The notes below the pieces were generated by a model. It ran no database searches. It saw only the letters and a program-made list of their open reading frames with translations, and was not told the origin of the DNA. Positions 40,534-50,214 of a DNA stretch of 64,000 nt are shown in pieces. The stretch comes from an uncultured bacterium (GTDB taxonomy: Bacteria > Pseudomonadota > Alphaproteobacteria > MED-G09). Location of the stretch: the NCBI GenBank assembly GCA_964001285.1, contig CAXFAF010000004.1:9763-73762 (forward strand). The letters run 5' to 3'. The position numbers and the translations under genes were made by a program. Position 1 is the stretch's first letter, and each line of letters begins with the position of its first letter.

Positions 40534-41470
40534 TTTCTATATCCTTAATAAAATTTTCTAAACTCTCTTTACTATTCAAAGTAAATCTTTGCAAGTTAGG
40601 TGCATTCCTTTTAGATAGGTTTGTCAAAACATTTCCAGCGCCAATTTCTATAACATCAGTTACTCCATTCTCAACAAACTTATTCATAGTCTCTCTCCAC
40701 CTAACAGTTTCAGTAACTTGTTTAACTAAATTTTCTTTTAATACTTCTCTATCTAATGTCGGCTCTAAACTTACATTTTGAATTATAGGGATCAAAAGAT
40801 CACTAAATTCAGTATTCTTTAATTCACTTCTCATAATTTCTTTTGCTGGATCCATAAGATCACAATGGAAAGGTGCACTAACAGGAAGTTTTACAATTTT
40901 TTTTGCTCCTTTAGATTTCAAAGATTCTATAACTTGTTCAACGGATTCGCCTTCGCCAGAAATCACTACTTGACCAGGAGCATTGTCATTAGCAATTTGA
41001 CAGACATATTTATATTTTTTTTCCGATAATACCTCTTCTACTTCATTAAAATTTAGTCCTATTATTGCTGCCATCGCACCTTTATTTTTAGGAAAAGATT
41101 CTTGCATAGCTTTTCCTCTAATTTTCAATAACCTTGCCGTTTCAGCTAAGGTTAAGCCTTCAATAGCCGCTAAGGCGGTATATTCTCCCAAAGAATGACC
41201 AGCTGCTAGATCCGCAAAATCTTGTACTTTAAAATTCCTTTTCTTTAAGATATCAATGATAACCATACCTATTAACATAATTGCTGGCTGAGCGTTTTCT
41301 GTTAACATTAATTCTTCCTCAGGGCCATTAAAGATTAAATCAGATAATTTTTGATTCAATATGTCATCAACCTCTTCAAAAATTATTTTCGTTTCAGGAA
41401 AATTATCAAATAAGTCCTTTCCCATCCCAACAAATTGGCTTCCTTGACCTGGGAACACTATGGCTTTCAT
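40526..41470 (-). CDS. fabD: Malonyl-CoA:ACP transacylase
   Basis: GHSLGEY active-site motif. 314 aa. Confidence 0.9.
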   Translation of the reverse strand: MKAIVFPGQGSQFVGMGKDLFDNFPETKIIFEEVDDILNQKLSDLIFNGPEEELMLTENAQPAIMLIGMVIIDILKKRNFKVQDFADLAAGHSLGEYTALAAIEGLTLAETARLLKIRGKAMQESFPKNKGAMAAIIGLNFNEVEEVLSEKKYKYVCQIANDNAPGQVVISGEGESVEQVIESLKSKGAKKIVKLPVSAPFHCDLMDPAKEIMRSELKNTEFSDLLIPIIQNVSLEPTLDREVLKENLVKQVTETVRWRETMNKFVENGVTDVIEIGAGNVLTNLSKRNAPNLQRFTLNSKESLENFIKDIESV

Positions 41471-41483
41471 GAAAAACTCCTGT

Positions 41484-41492
41484 TGATATAAT
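41484..41492 (+). promoter_or_regulatory. Candidate extended -10 promoter element TGaTATAAT upstream of rpsF
   Basis: Sequence read directly from the window. It lies about 110 nt upstream of the rpsF ATG. Confidence 0.25.
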
Positions 41493-41604
41493 GAAGAATA
41501 ACATAGAACTTAATTACAAGCTTGCAAATTTATCTCTAATACAGTAAATGAATGCTTTAAATTTAGTTTTTAGATATAATCAATTAACTAATAAAAGAGG
41601 TGAT

Positions 41605-41946
41605 ATGTCTTATTACGAACATGTATTTATAGCTAGACCGGAAGTTGCTCCACAACAAGTAGAGAATGTAGTGGAAGATATAAAAAAGATTGTATCTAAT
41701 GAAGGTGGAAAAACCGTTTATACAGAATACTGGGGTTTACGAAAATTAGCCTATAAAATAAATAAAAGCGAAAAAGGACATTACTCACTTTTAAGAATTG
41801 ATAGCAGCAATAACGCAATTAAAGAAATTGAAAGAGTTCAAAAGCTTAATGAAGATATCCTCCGTTATATTACTATTAAGACAAAGGAGATTTCCGATGA
41901 GCCATCAGTTATGTTGAAATCTTCTGAAAAAAAGGATGTGTATTAA
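41605..41946 (+). CDS. rpsF: 30S ribosomal protein S6. Start revised to MSYYEHVF.
   Basis: S6 N-terminus YEHVFIARPE. AAGAGGTGAT Shine-Dalgarno immediately before ATG 41605. Confidence 0.85.
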   Translation: MSYYEHVFIARPEVAPQQVENVVEDIKKIVSNEGGKTVYTEYWGLRKLAYKINKSEKGHYSLLRIDSSNNAIKEIERVQKLNEDILRYITIKTKEISDEPSVMLKSSEKKDVY

Positions 41947-41961
41947 TTTAAAGTAAAAGCT

Positions 41962-42222
41962 ATGAAAAATTTTCTACCTGATATAACTCAAATTCCTTTA
42001 AGAAGCCCTTTTCTAAAAAGAAAAAAATCATGCCCGTTATCTGGAGAAAATTCACCCAAAATTGATTATAAGAATATCAAATTATTAAAAAAATATTTAT
42101 CCGAAAGGGGAAAAATTATTCCAAGTAGGGTTACATCTGTTTCTTCAAAAAAACAACGAGAGTTATCCCAGGCTGTTAAAAGAGCTAGGTTTCTGGCATT
42201 ACTGCCATATAAAATGGATTAA
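41962..42222 (+). CDS. rpsR: 30S ribosomal protein S18
   Basis: [10 protein letters not shown]...[19 protein letters not shown]. Confidence 0.9.
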   Translation: MKNFLPDITQIPLRSPFLKRKKSCPLSGENSPKIDYKNIKLLKKYLSERGKIIPSRVTSVSSKKQRELSQAVKRARFLALLPYKMD

Positions 42223-42224
42223 TC

Positions 42225-42899
42225 ATGGAAGTTATTTTATTAGAACGTATAGAAAAATTAGGTCAAATGGGTGATGTTGTTAAAGTCAAAGATGGTTTTG
42301 CAAGAAATTATTTAATTCCTCAGAAAAAAGCATTGAGAGCTTCAGAAAATAATTTAGAGTATTTCGAGAAAGAAAAGGTTCAGCTAGAAGCTATTAACCT
42401 TGAACAAAAACAAGAAGCAGAAAAAATCTTAGATAAATTGGATAATTTTAATCTAATAATTATAAGACAAGCAGGAGAAACTGGTCAGCTTTATGGCTCT
42501 GTAAGCAATAATGATATTAAGAACTCATTAAGTGATAATGGTTTTATTGTTGAAAAAAATCAAATTAAATTAGATAAACCCATTAAAACTTTAGGAATCC
42601 ATAGTCTAGCTATTAAATTACACCCTGAAGTTCAAGCCACAATATCTTTAATTGTTTCAAGAACCGAATCTGAAGCTAAATCATTGCTTAAAGGAAATGA
42701 AATTAATATTGAAGATGAGGTTTTAACTTCAGAAGAAACTATTGATCTTGAAGAAGTTTTTGAAGAAGGGGCAATTCCTGAAAATATTGGTGCTGAAGAC
42801 ACAAATGAAGAAGATTCAGAAATTGCTAAGGAAGAACTAGATAAAGAAGAAATATTAGAAGACATCAGCGAAACAGAAGAAGTTAAAAAAGAAGAATAA
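42225..42899 (+). CDS. rplI: 50S ribosomal protein L9 with an approximately 75-aa acidic C-terminal extension
   Basis: L9 N-terminus MEVILLERIEKLGQMGDVVKVKDGFARNYLIP. Tail rich in E/D (EDEVLTSEETIDLEEVFEEG...EEVKKEE). Confidence 0.85.
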   Translation: MEVILLERIEKLGQMGDVVKVKDGFARNYLIPQKKALRASENNLEYFEKEKVQLEAINLEQKQEAEKILDKLDNFNLIIIRQAGETGQLYGSVSNNDIKNSLSDNGFIVEKNQIKLDKPIKTLGIHSLAIKLHPEVQATISLIVSRTESEAKSLLKGNEINIEDEVLTSEETIDLEEVFEEGAIPENIGAEDTNEEDSEIAKEELDKEEILEDISETEEVKKEE

Positions 42900-43016
42900 G
42901 TAAAAATATTTTAAATAAATTAATATAAATTTATTAATACTTTAGCTGATTTAACCCCGATATTCACATTAATCCACAGATTTTTTTCTTGGGTTAAATT
43001 TGTTTACTGGTAAATT

Positions 43017-44555
43017 GTGATTATGAATAACTCAACACCTTATCTGGTAAATCAAAGCGATCAGTTAAAAGAAAAGTCAAATGATCTTCCTTATAACATG
43101 GAAGCTGAACAGCAGCTTTTAGGTGCTTTAATTAGAAATAATGATTTAATTGAAAAATGCAATAACACAAAACTTAAAGCTGAGCATTTTTACATAAAAC
43201 AACATGGTCAGATTTATGAAAGAATTAATAAATCCCTATCAACCGGTAAAACAGCTAATTTAATTTTTCTAAAAACATATTTCGAAACGGATGAAGAATT
43301 TGGCGATGAAGAATATTTTGAAAAACTTGTTATAAATTCAGCTCCAAGTCCTGCCATTGAGGAATATTCTTCAATGATTTATGATCTAGCATTAAGAAGA
43401 AGGCTTATAGATACAGCTGAATACCTCCAATATTCATCTCATGATCTTACCCAAGAAGATATAACGGCCAATGATATAATTGAGGAAACAGAAAATCAAT
43501 TATTCCAAATAGAATCAACAGGTGATTCAGAGCAAGGGTTTATGCCTTTTGAGGACGCTCTAGTTGATTCTTTAAATACAATAGAATCTGCATATCAATC
43601 ATCAGGTGGTTTGGCAGGATTATCTACAGGATTTAACGATCTTGATAAAGCTTTAGGAGGATTACAAAAATCAGATTTAGTGATTCTTGCAGGCAGGCCT
43701 GCTATGGGTAAAACAGCTCTGGCTACTAATATAGGGTTTAACATTGCAAAAAAATATGAAGAAAGTTTAAAAAGTGAGGGAGTAGAAACAGATAAAAATG
43801 GCAACATAATTACTGATGGAGCTGTTGTTGCTTTCTTTTCTTTAGAAATGTCTGCCGAACAATTAACAACAAGGATAGCTGCAGAGCAATCTGGAATAGA
43901 ATCGAGCGAATTAAGAAAAGGTAATATAAAAGAAGATCAATTTATGCATTATGCACATGTTATTCAGGACCTTAAATCTGTTCCTTTTTACATTGATCAA
44001 AGTGGTTCTATTCCAATTGGAGTTTTATCAACAAGAGCAAGACGATTAGCAAGAACATTAAAAGCTACAAAAAATCAAGATTTAGGACTGATAATAGTTG
44101 ATTACATTCAATTGGCTGCTACTTCATCAGGAAGATACAGGGATAGTAGAGTCCAAGAAATTGCAGAAATTACTCAAGGATTAAAGTCTTTAGCAAAAGA
44201 TTTAAATATACCAATTATCGCTTTATCACAATTATCAAGGCAGGTTGAATCAAGAGATGATAAAAGGCCCCAATTATCAGATTTAAGAGAATCTGGTGCA
44301 ATTGAACAAGATGCCGATATTGTTATGTTTGTATACAGGGATGAATATTATCTTGAAAATAATCAACCTCCTCCAGGAACTGAACAACATACGACATGGC
44401 AATCACGAATGGATGAGGTTCACGGTAAGGCGGAAGTTTTAATTAGAAAACATCGTCATGGACCTACTTCAAATGTACAACTTCAATTTGAGAAAAAACT
44501 AACAAAATTTTCTGATTTAGCTAAAGAAAATTATCTCCCAGAAAGATATGAGTAA
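43017..44555 (+). CDS. dnaB: Replicative DNA helicase
   Basis: Walker A GRPAMGKTALA plus H2/H3/H4 motifs (IIVDYIQL, ALSQLSR). 512 aa. Confidence 0.9.
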   Translation: MIMNNSTPYLVNQSDQLKEKSNDLPYNMEAEQQLLGALIRNNDLIEKCNNTKLKAEHFYIKQHGQIYERINKSLSTGKTANLIFLKTYFETDEEFGDEEYFEKLVINSAPSPAIEEYSSMIYDLALRRRLIDTAEYLQYSSHDLTQEDITANDIIEETENQLFQIESTGDSEQGFMPFEDALVDSLNTIESAYQSSGGLAGLSTGFNDLDKALGGLQKSDLVILAGRPAMGKTALATNIGFNIAKKYEESLKSEGVETDKNGNIITDGAVVAFFSLEMSAEQLTTRIAAEQSGIESSELRKGNIKEDQFMHYAHVIQDLKSVPFYIDQSGSIPIGVLSTRARRLARTLKATKNQDLGLIIVDYIQLAATSSGRYRDSRVQEIAEITQGLKSLAKDLNIPIIALSQLSRQVESRDDKRPQLSDLRESGAIEQDADIVMFVYRDEYYLENNQPPPGTEQHTTWQSRMDEVHGKAEVLIRKHRHGPTSNVQLQFEKKLTKFSDLAKENYLPERYE

Positions 44556-45329
44556 GTGATAGGAATTATAGGGAGCATAGGAAGTGTAGTTATATTATTT
44601 CTTAACGAAACAGGAAAGTTTTTTATTTTTTTCCTTCGGGTATTGAAATCTTTTTTTGGTCGTTGGTATCTAAGAAATATCTTTAACCAAGCTGTATTTA
44701 TAGGCTATTTTTCCTTGCCAGTTGTCGCACTTACATCATTTTTCACAGGAGGAGCCTTAGCATTACAAATTTATTATGGGGGAAATCAATTTAATTCTGA
44801 ATCAATTGTGTCATCCATTGTGGCTCTTGGTATTACTAGAGAACTAGGACCAGTATTAGGAGGAATAGTTGTAGCAGGAAGAGTTTCAGCCGCAATTGCT
44901 GCGGAAATAGGAACAATGAAAGTTACAGAGCAAATAGATGCTTTGAAGACATTATCTGCTGAACCTCATAGTTATCTGGTACTTCCTCGAATTATATCAG
45001 GAATAATTATGCTACCTATTCTTATACTTTTTGCAGACATTATTGGAATAATGGGAGGATGGTTTATAGGGGTTCAAAGCTTAGACTTTAATGGAAGTGT
45101 TTACATTAAAAATACTTTAGACTTTCTTGAAATATCCGATGTAACATCAGGTTTAATTAAAGCGTCTGTTTTTGGTTTTTTAATTACCCTTATGGGTTGT
45201 TATCAAGGCTTTAATTCAAAAGGTGGAGCCCAAGGAGTTGGGAAGGCTACCACTAATGCAGTTGTTTCTTCTTCGGTATTGATTCTAGCTTCAAACTATA
45301 TAATGACGAATCTATTTTTTGTGAGTTAA
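44556..45329 (+). CDS. mlaE: Phospholipid ABC transporter permease MlaE
   Basis: MlaE/Ttg2B-like 5-transmembrane permease. GTG start 1 nt after the dnaB stop. Confidence 0.75.
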   Translation: MIGIIGSIGSVVILFLNETGKFFIFFLRVLKSFFGRWYLRNIFNQAVFIGYFSLPVVALTSFFTGGALALQIYYGGNQFNSESIVSSIVALGITRELGPVLGGIVVAGRVSAAIAAEIGTMKVTEQIDALKTLSAEPHSYLVLPRIISGIIMLPILILFADIIGIMGGWFIGVQSLDFNGSVYIKNTLDFLEISDVTSGLIKASVFGFLITLMGCYQGFNSKGGAQGVGKATTNAVVSSSVLILASNYIMTNLFFVS

Positions 45330-45330
45330 A

Positions 45331-46068
45331 ATGATAAATATAAAAAATTTACACAAATCATTTGATAATAAAATTGTCCTTGATGGACTAAATCTTGAAA
45401 TAGAAAAAGGAAGCTCATCAGTTATAATTGGAGGCTCAGGAACTGGTAAGTCAGTATTAATAAAATGTATTTTAGGTCTTATAGTTCCAGAAAGTGGTAA
45501 AATAGAAATAAACAACAAAACTATTTTTGATAAAGGAAATTATATACACTCAAATAAAACAAAAATAGGAATGCTTTTTCAGGGAGGAGCTTTATTTGAT
45601 AGCCTTAAAATATGGCAAAATGTTAGTTTTTATCATATACAAAAAGGAAAAAAGAAAAAATTTTGTTATGATAATGCAATTAGTAACCTAGAAAAAGTAG
45701 GTCTCGATTATAAAAGTGCAAATCTTTATCCATCTGAAATATCTGGCGGTATGCAAAAAAGAGTCGCTTTAGCACGAGCAATTGCTATTGAGCCAGATAT
45801 TATTTTTTTCGATGAGCCAACAACAGGTCTAGATCCAATAAATGCTGATATAATTAATAAATTAATAATTGAAAAAGTAAAAGATATTGGCGCCACATCT
45901 TTAACAATTACACATGATATGACAAGCGCCAGAACCATCGCGGACAAAATTCATATGCTACATAAAGGAAGAATTATTTGGGAAGGTGATAAATTTGAAA
46001 TAGAAAATACTGACAACCCTTATGTTATTCAATTTATTAACGGGTATTCCGAAGGGCCAATAAATTAA
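45331..46068 (+). CDS. mlaF: Phospholipid ABC transporter ATPase MlaF
   Basis: Walker A GGSGTGKS, signature SGGMQKR and Walker B IIFFDEP. Confidence 0.8.
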   Translation: MINIKNLHKSFDNKIVLDGLNLEIEKGSSSVIIGGSGTGKSVLIKCILGLIVPESGKIEINNKTIFDKGNYIHSNKTKIGMLFQGGALFDSLKIWQNVSFYHIQKGKKKKFCYDNAISNLEKVGLDYKSANLYPSEISGGMQKRVALARAIAIEPDIIFFDEPTTGLDPINADIINKLIIEKVKDIGATSLTITHDMTSARTIADKIHMLHKGRIIWEGDKFEIENTDNPYVIQFINGYSEGPIN

Positions 46069-46131
46069 AAATAATTATGTAGAAATTTATGTAATTAAGT
46101 CTTATTTATAATATGCAATATTTGGACAAGT

Positions 46132-46677
46132 ATGGATAATAATATAATCGATCTCATTTTAATTTTTTCGATGATAATCTCTGGAGTATTAGCCCTATTT
46201 CAAGGCTTTTTTAAAGAGTTTCTTGCATTATTAGGATGGGTAATAGCGTTTATTAATATTAATATTTTTATGCCGTTTTTATCCCAACCCCTAGAAAACA
46301 TCATCGTTAACGATACATTAAGAGATATAATAATAATTTCATTAATCTTCATTTTAACTTTAATAATTTGGCGAATAATCTCATTTCCATTACTAAAGAT
46401 ATTTAAATCTACATCAATAGGATATTTAGATAAACTTTTAGGTTTTTTATTTGGAGTTGCAAGAATATTAATTCTTGCTTGTATAGTTTATATTTATACT
46501 TTGCTACCTAACGAAAAGGAGTTTTATCCTGAATTCGCCAAAAACTCTAAATTATTACCTATCATAGAAGGAATATCTTTATTAATTACCGAAAATTTTG
46601 AAATATTTGATATAAGACCATTAAATGAAATAGAAAACTTTGAGTTAGAAAACGGTGAAAATCAAAAAGCAAAATAA
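46132..46677 (+). CDS. cvpA: CvpA-family membrane protein (colicin V production protein)
   Basis: 4-transmembrane protein of 181 aa. Conserved position immediately upstream of purF. Confidence 0.7.
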   Translation: MDNNIIDLILIFSMIISGVLALFQGFFKEFLALLGWVIAFININIFMPFLSQPLENIIVNDTLRDIIIISLIFILTLIIWRIISFPLLKIFKSTSIGYLDKLLGFLFGVARILILACIVYIYTLLPNEKEFYPEFAKNSKLLPIIEGISLLITENFEIFDIRPLNEIENFELENGENQKAK

Positions 46678-48136
46678 TTTATCTTTTATAGAAGACGATA
46701 AGTTACATGAAGAATGTGGTGTTTTTGGTGTTTTTGGCCACGAAGACTCTGCCGCTTTGACTGCTCTTGGGCTTCATGCACTTCAACACAGAGGTCAAGA
46801 GGCAGCAGGAATTGTCACATTTGACGGAACAAAATTTATCTCAGAAAGACATCCTGGCCTGGTTAGTGATAATTTTACCAAAGAATCAATTATGAAAAGG
46901 TTAGTTGGGAAAAGTTCTGTAGGTCATAACAGATATTCAACTACAGGAGCAACGATTCAAAGAAATATACAACCATTTTTTGCTGATTTATGGGGTGGTG
47001 GTTTTGCTATAGCTCATAATGGAAATATTACTAATGCATTATCCTTAAGGGATGAATTAATAAAGAAAGGATCTATATTTCAATCTACTTCAGATACAGA
47101 AACTATTTTACAACTTGTTGCAAGGTCTGATGCTGATCGAACTGTCAACAGGTTGGTAGATGCATTAATGCAAATATCGGGAGCTTGGTCTCTTGTTGTT
47201 CTAACTAACAAAAAATTAATAGGCGCGCGTGATCCTTTTGGAATAAGGCCCCTTGTAATGGGTGAATTAGATGGAGGAAAAATTCTAGCCTCTGAAACAT
47301 GTGCATTAGATATTATAGGTGCAAAATTTATTAGAGAAATCGAACCTGGAGAAATCATTATTATAACTGAAGACGGGGAAGAAAGTGTTAAACCTTTTCC
47401 AAATACAAAATTAAGACCTTGTATATTTGAATATATATATTTTTCACGGCCAGATTCTATTTTAGATGGTAAATCGGTGTATGAATGTAGGAAATCTTTT
47501 GGGAGAAATCTTGCTAAAGAATGTCCTGCAGATGCGGATATAGTAATACCAGTTCCTGATTCCGGGGTTCCTGCGGCATTAGGATATTCTGAATCATCAG
47601 GAATACCATTTGAATTATCAATAATTAGAAATCATTATGTTGGAAGGACATTTATTCAACCCACTCAATCGAACAGACAATCATCAGTAAAACTTAAGCA
47701 TAATCCTGATAGAAGCTCTATAAAAGGCAAGAAGGTTGTTTTAATCGATGATAGTATTGTAAGAGGAACCACATCAGTAAAAATTGTACAACTCATGAAA
47801 GAGGCGGGAGCATCCGAAATTCATATGAGAATTGGATGTCCTCCTATCAAGTTTCCTGATTTCTATGGAATAGATACACCTGAAACAGAACAATTATTAG
47901 CATCAAATAAAAATTTAGAAGAAATGAGTAAATTTATCGGCGCTGATACATTAGGATTTCTTTCATTAAATGGTCTATATAAATCAATGGGCTTTAAAGA
48001 AGGAAGAAATGAAGATAATCCTGAGTATACAGATCATTGCTTCACAGGAGATTACCCTACTGTCCTGGATGACTATGAAAGCGAAAAAGTTCAAGAACAA
48101 CTCTCCTTATTATCAGAAAACGAAAGTCAAAATTAG
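46655..48136 (+). CDS. purF: Amidophosphoribosyltransferase. GTG start inside the cvpA 3' end, with a predicted propeptide of about 19 aa.
   Basis: Ntn nucleophile context EECGVFGVFG, PRTase motif VVLIDDSIVRGTT, and no Cys ligands for an Fe-S cluster were examined. There is no in-frame ATG between the GTG and the catalytic Cys. Confidence 0.85.
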   Translation: MKIKKQNNLSFIEDDKLHEECGVFGVFGHEDSAALTALGLHALQHRGQEAAGIVTFDGTKFISERHPGLVSDNFTKESIMKRLVGKSSVGHNRYSTTGATIQRNIQPFFADLWGGGFAIAHNGNITNALSLRDELIKKGSIFQSTSDTETILQLVARSDADRTVNRLVDALMQISGAWSLVVLTNKKLIGARDPFGIRPLVMGELDGGKILASETCALDIIGAKFIREIEPGEIIIITEDGEESVKPFPNTKLRPCIFEYIYFSRPDSILDGKSVYECRKSFGRNLAKECPADADIVIPVPDSGVPAALGYSESSGIPFELSIIRNHYVGRTFIQPTQSNRQSSVKLKHNPDRSSIKGKKVVLIDDSIVRGTTSVKIVQLMKEAGASEIHMRIGCPPIKFPDFYGIDTPETEQLLASNKNLEEMSKFIGADTLGFLSLNGLYKSMGFKEGRNEDNPEYTDHCFTGDYPTVLDDYESEKVQEQLSLLSENESQN

Positions 48137-48139
48137 TTT

Positions 48140-48856
48140 ATGAATGGAAAGCCATTAGAACAGGTAGCCCTTATAACTGGCTCTTCAAGAGGTTTAGGTA
48201 AGTATTTATCTTTAGAGCTTGCAAAAAAAGGTATTGAGACAATTCTTTTAGCTAGAACAGTGGGAGCTCTCGAAGAATTGTATGATGACATAAAAAAGAT
48301 AGGTACAAAATCAACAATAGTTCCTTTAGATTTAAATGATAACGATGCAATCGATAATTTAGGATTTGAATTAAATAAAAAATGGGGAAAATTAGATATC
48401 TTGATATTAAATGCAGCAATAACTAATGAATTAACGCCATTATCGCATTTAAAACCAGATACCTGGGATAATGTTATTAAAACGAATTTAACATCAAACT
48501 ACCGACTCATAAGGTCTTTAGAGCAACTCTTAAAACTATCTAAAGAAGGAAAGGCTTTATTCGTTTTAGATAAAGAAACCAATAAAAATAAACCCTTTCA
48601 TATACCATATTCAGTAAGTAAAGAAGGTTTAAAGAAATTAGCCAAAATATGGGCCAAAGAAATATCACATAGCAACATAGATGTATATTTTTGCTATCCA
48701 CCAAAAATGAACACATCTTTGAGGAAAACAATAATTCCTGGATCAAAGGACACTCAATTTGATAATCCAAGCATTATTGCCAAAAAAATTATCCATAATT
48801 TACTTAAAAATAAAAAAAATAATATAGGAAAAGTAAATAAAATACTTTTTAATTAG
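48140..48856 (+). CDS. SDR-family oxidoreductase
   Basis: ALITGSSRGLGK Rossmann motif and a YSVSK catalytic region. Confidence 0.75.
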   Translation: MNGKPLEQVALITGSSRGLGKYLSLELAKKGIETILLARTVGALEELYDDIKKIGTKSTIVPLDLNDNDAIDNLGFELNKKWGKLDILILNAAITNELTPLSHLKPDTWDNVIKTNLTSNYRLIRSLEQLLKLSKEGKALFVLDKETNKNKPFHIPYSVSKEGLKKLAKIWAKEISHSNIDVYFCYPPKMNTSLRKTIIPGSKDTQFDNPSIIAKKIIHNLLKNKKNNIGKVNKILFN

Positions 48857-50196
48857 TTATGATATGGATTCTCGCTTTTTCTATAAAGTACTCTTATAGG
48901 AACCCCATTTAAATCAAATTCTTCTCTTAATTTGTTAACTATATATCTATTATAAGAATCTAAAACAGATCTAGGTTTATTTGCAAAAATAAGAAATGAT
49001 ATTGGATTAGTATTAGTTTGAGTAATGTATTTAAATTTTATTTCCTTACCTTTCGCATTTGGATGAGAATGTGTTGATGTAATTTTCTCGAGAAACAAAT
49101 TGAGATTATTTGTTGATATCGAAGATTTACCTAAATTAAATGTCATTTTTGTTTTATTCATCAATTCATTAATTCCATTACCTTTAGAAGAAGAAATAAA
49201 AATTATTGAAACAATTCCCAATTGAGGTAGTGAATCCTTTATTTTTTCAATTAATTCAGTCCTTTTGGTTTTTTTATTTTTGATTAAATCCCATTTATTA
49301 ATAGCTATTACAAAAGACTTTCCTTTGTTTTCAATGAAATTCGCAATATTGAGATCTTGCTTATCAAATCCAATAGAAGCATCAACCATTAATATTGACA
49401 CGTCGGATTCTTCAACTGATCTTAAACTTGTTTTAGTAGAAATTTTTTCAACAACATTATCAATTTTCGATTTTTTCCGTAAACCTGGTGTATCAATAAT
49501 AATATAATCACCACTTTCCCATTTAAATTTTAATGAAACAGCATCTCGCGTAAGACCTGATTCTTTCCCTACAAGCTGTCTTTCTTCTTTCAAAAGAAAA
49601 TTTGCTAAGGTTGATTTCCCTGAATTTGGTCGCCCTAATATAGATATTTTTGTAGGAAATTCTTCAATATCTTTTATTATTTCTTTGTTTAATGGGTTAT
49701 AAAATTCTTCCAATCTACTTAATTCAGTTTTTAGATCGCTTATACCTCTATTATGTTCTGCAGAAATATTAATAGGGTTTCCAAAACCTAAAGAGTTAAA
49801 TTTTACAGAATCGCTATCTTGGATCGGCGTCTCACACTTATTAGCTACCAAAATAACTTTTTTTCCACTTTTTCTAATTAATTTTGATAAATATATATCA
49901 TCTGATGTAAGTTCCTCTCTAGAATCTAAAACAAATAGAATAGCGTCAGATTTTTCTATAGCAACTTTAGACATATCTTTGAGAACTTTAGATAAATCCT
50001 TTTTGTTAGATTCTTGAATCCCGGCAGTATCGATTAACTCAAATAATGATTCTTTATACTGATATTTATCAATTATATAGTCTCTGGTCACACCTGGTTC
50101 ATTAGCTACAATTGAAATTTTCTTTCCTAGTAATCTATTAAAAAGCGTTGACTTACCGACATTCGGTCTGCCAATAATTGCTATAGTTTTAACCAT
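48853..50196 (-). CDS. der: Ribosome-associated GTPase Der/EngA
   Basis: Two G-domains (GRPNVGKSTLFN, GRPNSGKSTLAN) plus a KH-like C-terminus. Confidence 0.9.
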   Translation of the reverse strand: MVKTIAIIGRPNVGKSTLFNRLLGKKISIVANEPGVTRDYIIDKYQYKESLFELIDTAGIQESNKKDLSKVLKDMSKVAIEKSDAILFVLDSREELTSDDIYLSKLIRKSGKKVILVANKCETPIQDSDSVKFNSLGFGNPINISAEHNRGISDLKTELSRLEEFYNPLNKEIIKDIEEFPTKISILGRPNSGKSTLANFLLKEERQLVGKESGLTRDAVSLKFKWESGDYIIIDTPGLRKKSKIDNVVEKISTKTSLRSVEESDVSILMVDASIGFDKQDLNIANFIENKGKSFVIAINKWDLIKNKKTKRTELIEKIKDSLPQLGIVSIIFISSSKGNGINELMNKTKMTFNLGKSSISTNNLNLFLEKITSTHSHPNAKGKEIKFKYITQTNTNPISFLIFANKPRSVLDSYNRYIVNKLREEFDLNGVPIRVLYRKSENPYHN

Positions 50197-50214
50197 AACA
50201 TTTATTACTTAAGC

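Noticed and set aside
42917-42938. All-AT hairpin AATAAATT-aatata-AATTTATT after rplI
   Set aside because: It has no G-C pairs and no following U-tract. Palindromes of this kind are expected by chance in sequence of about 29% GC.
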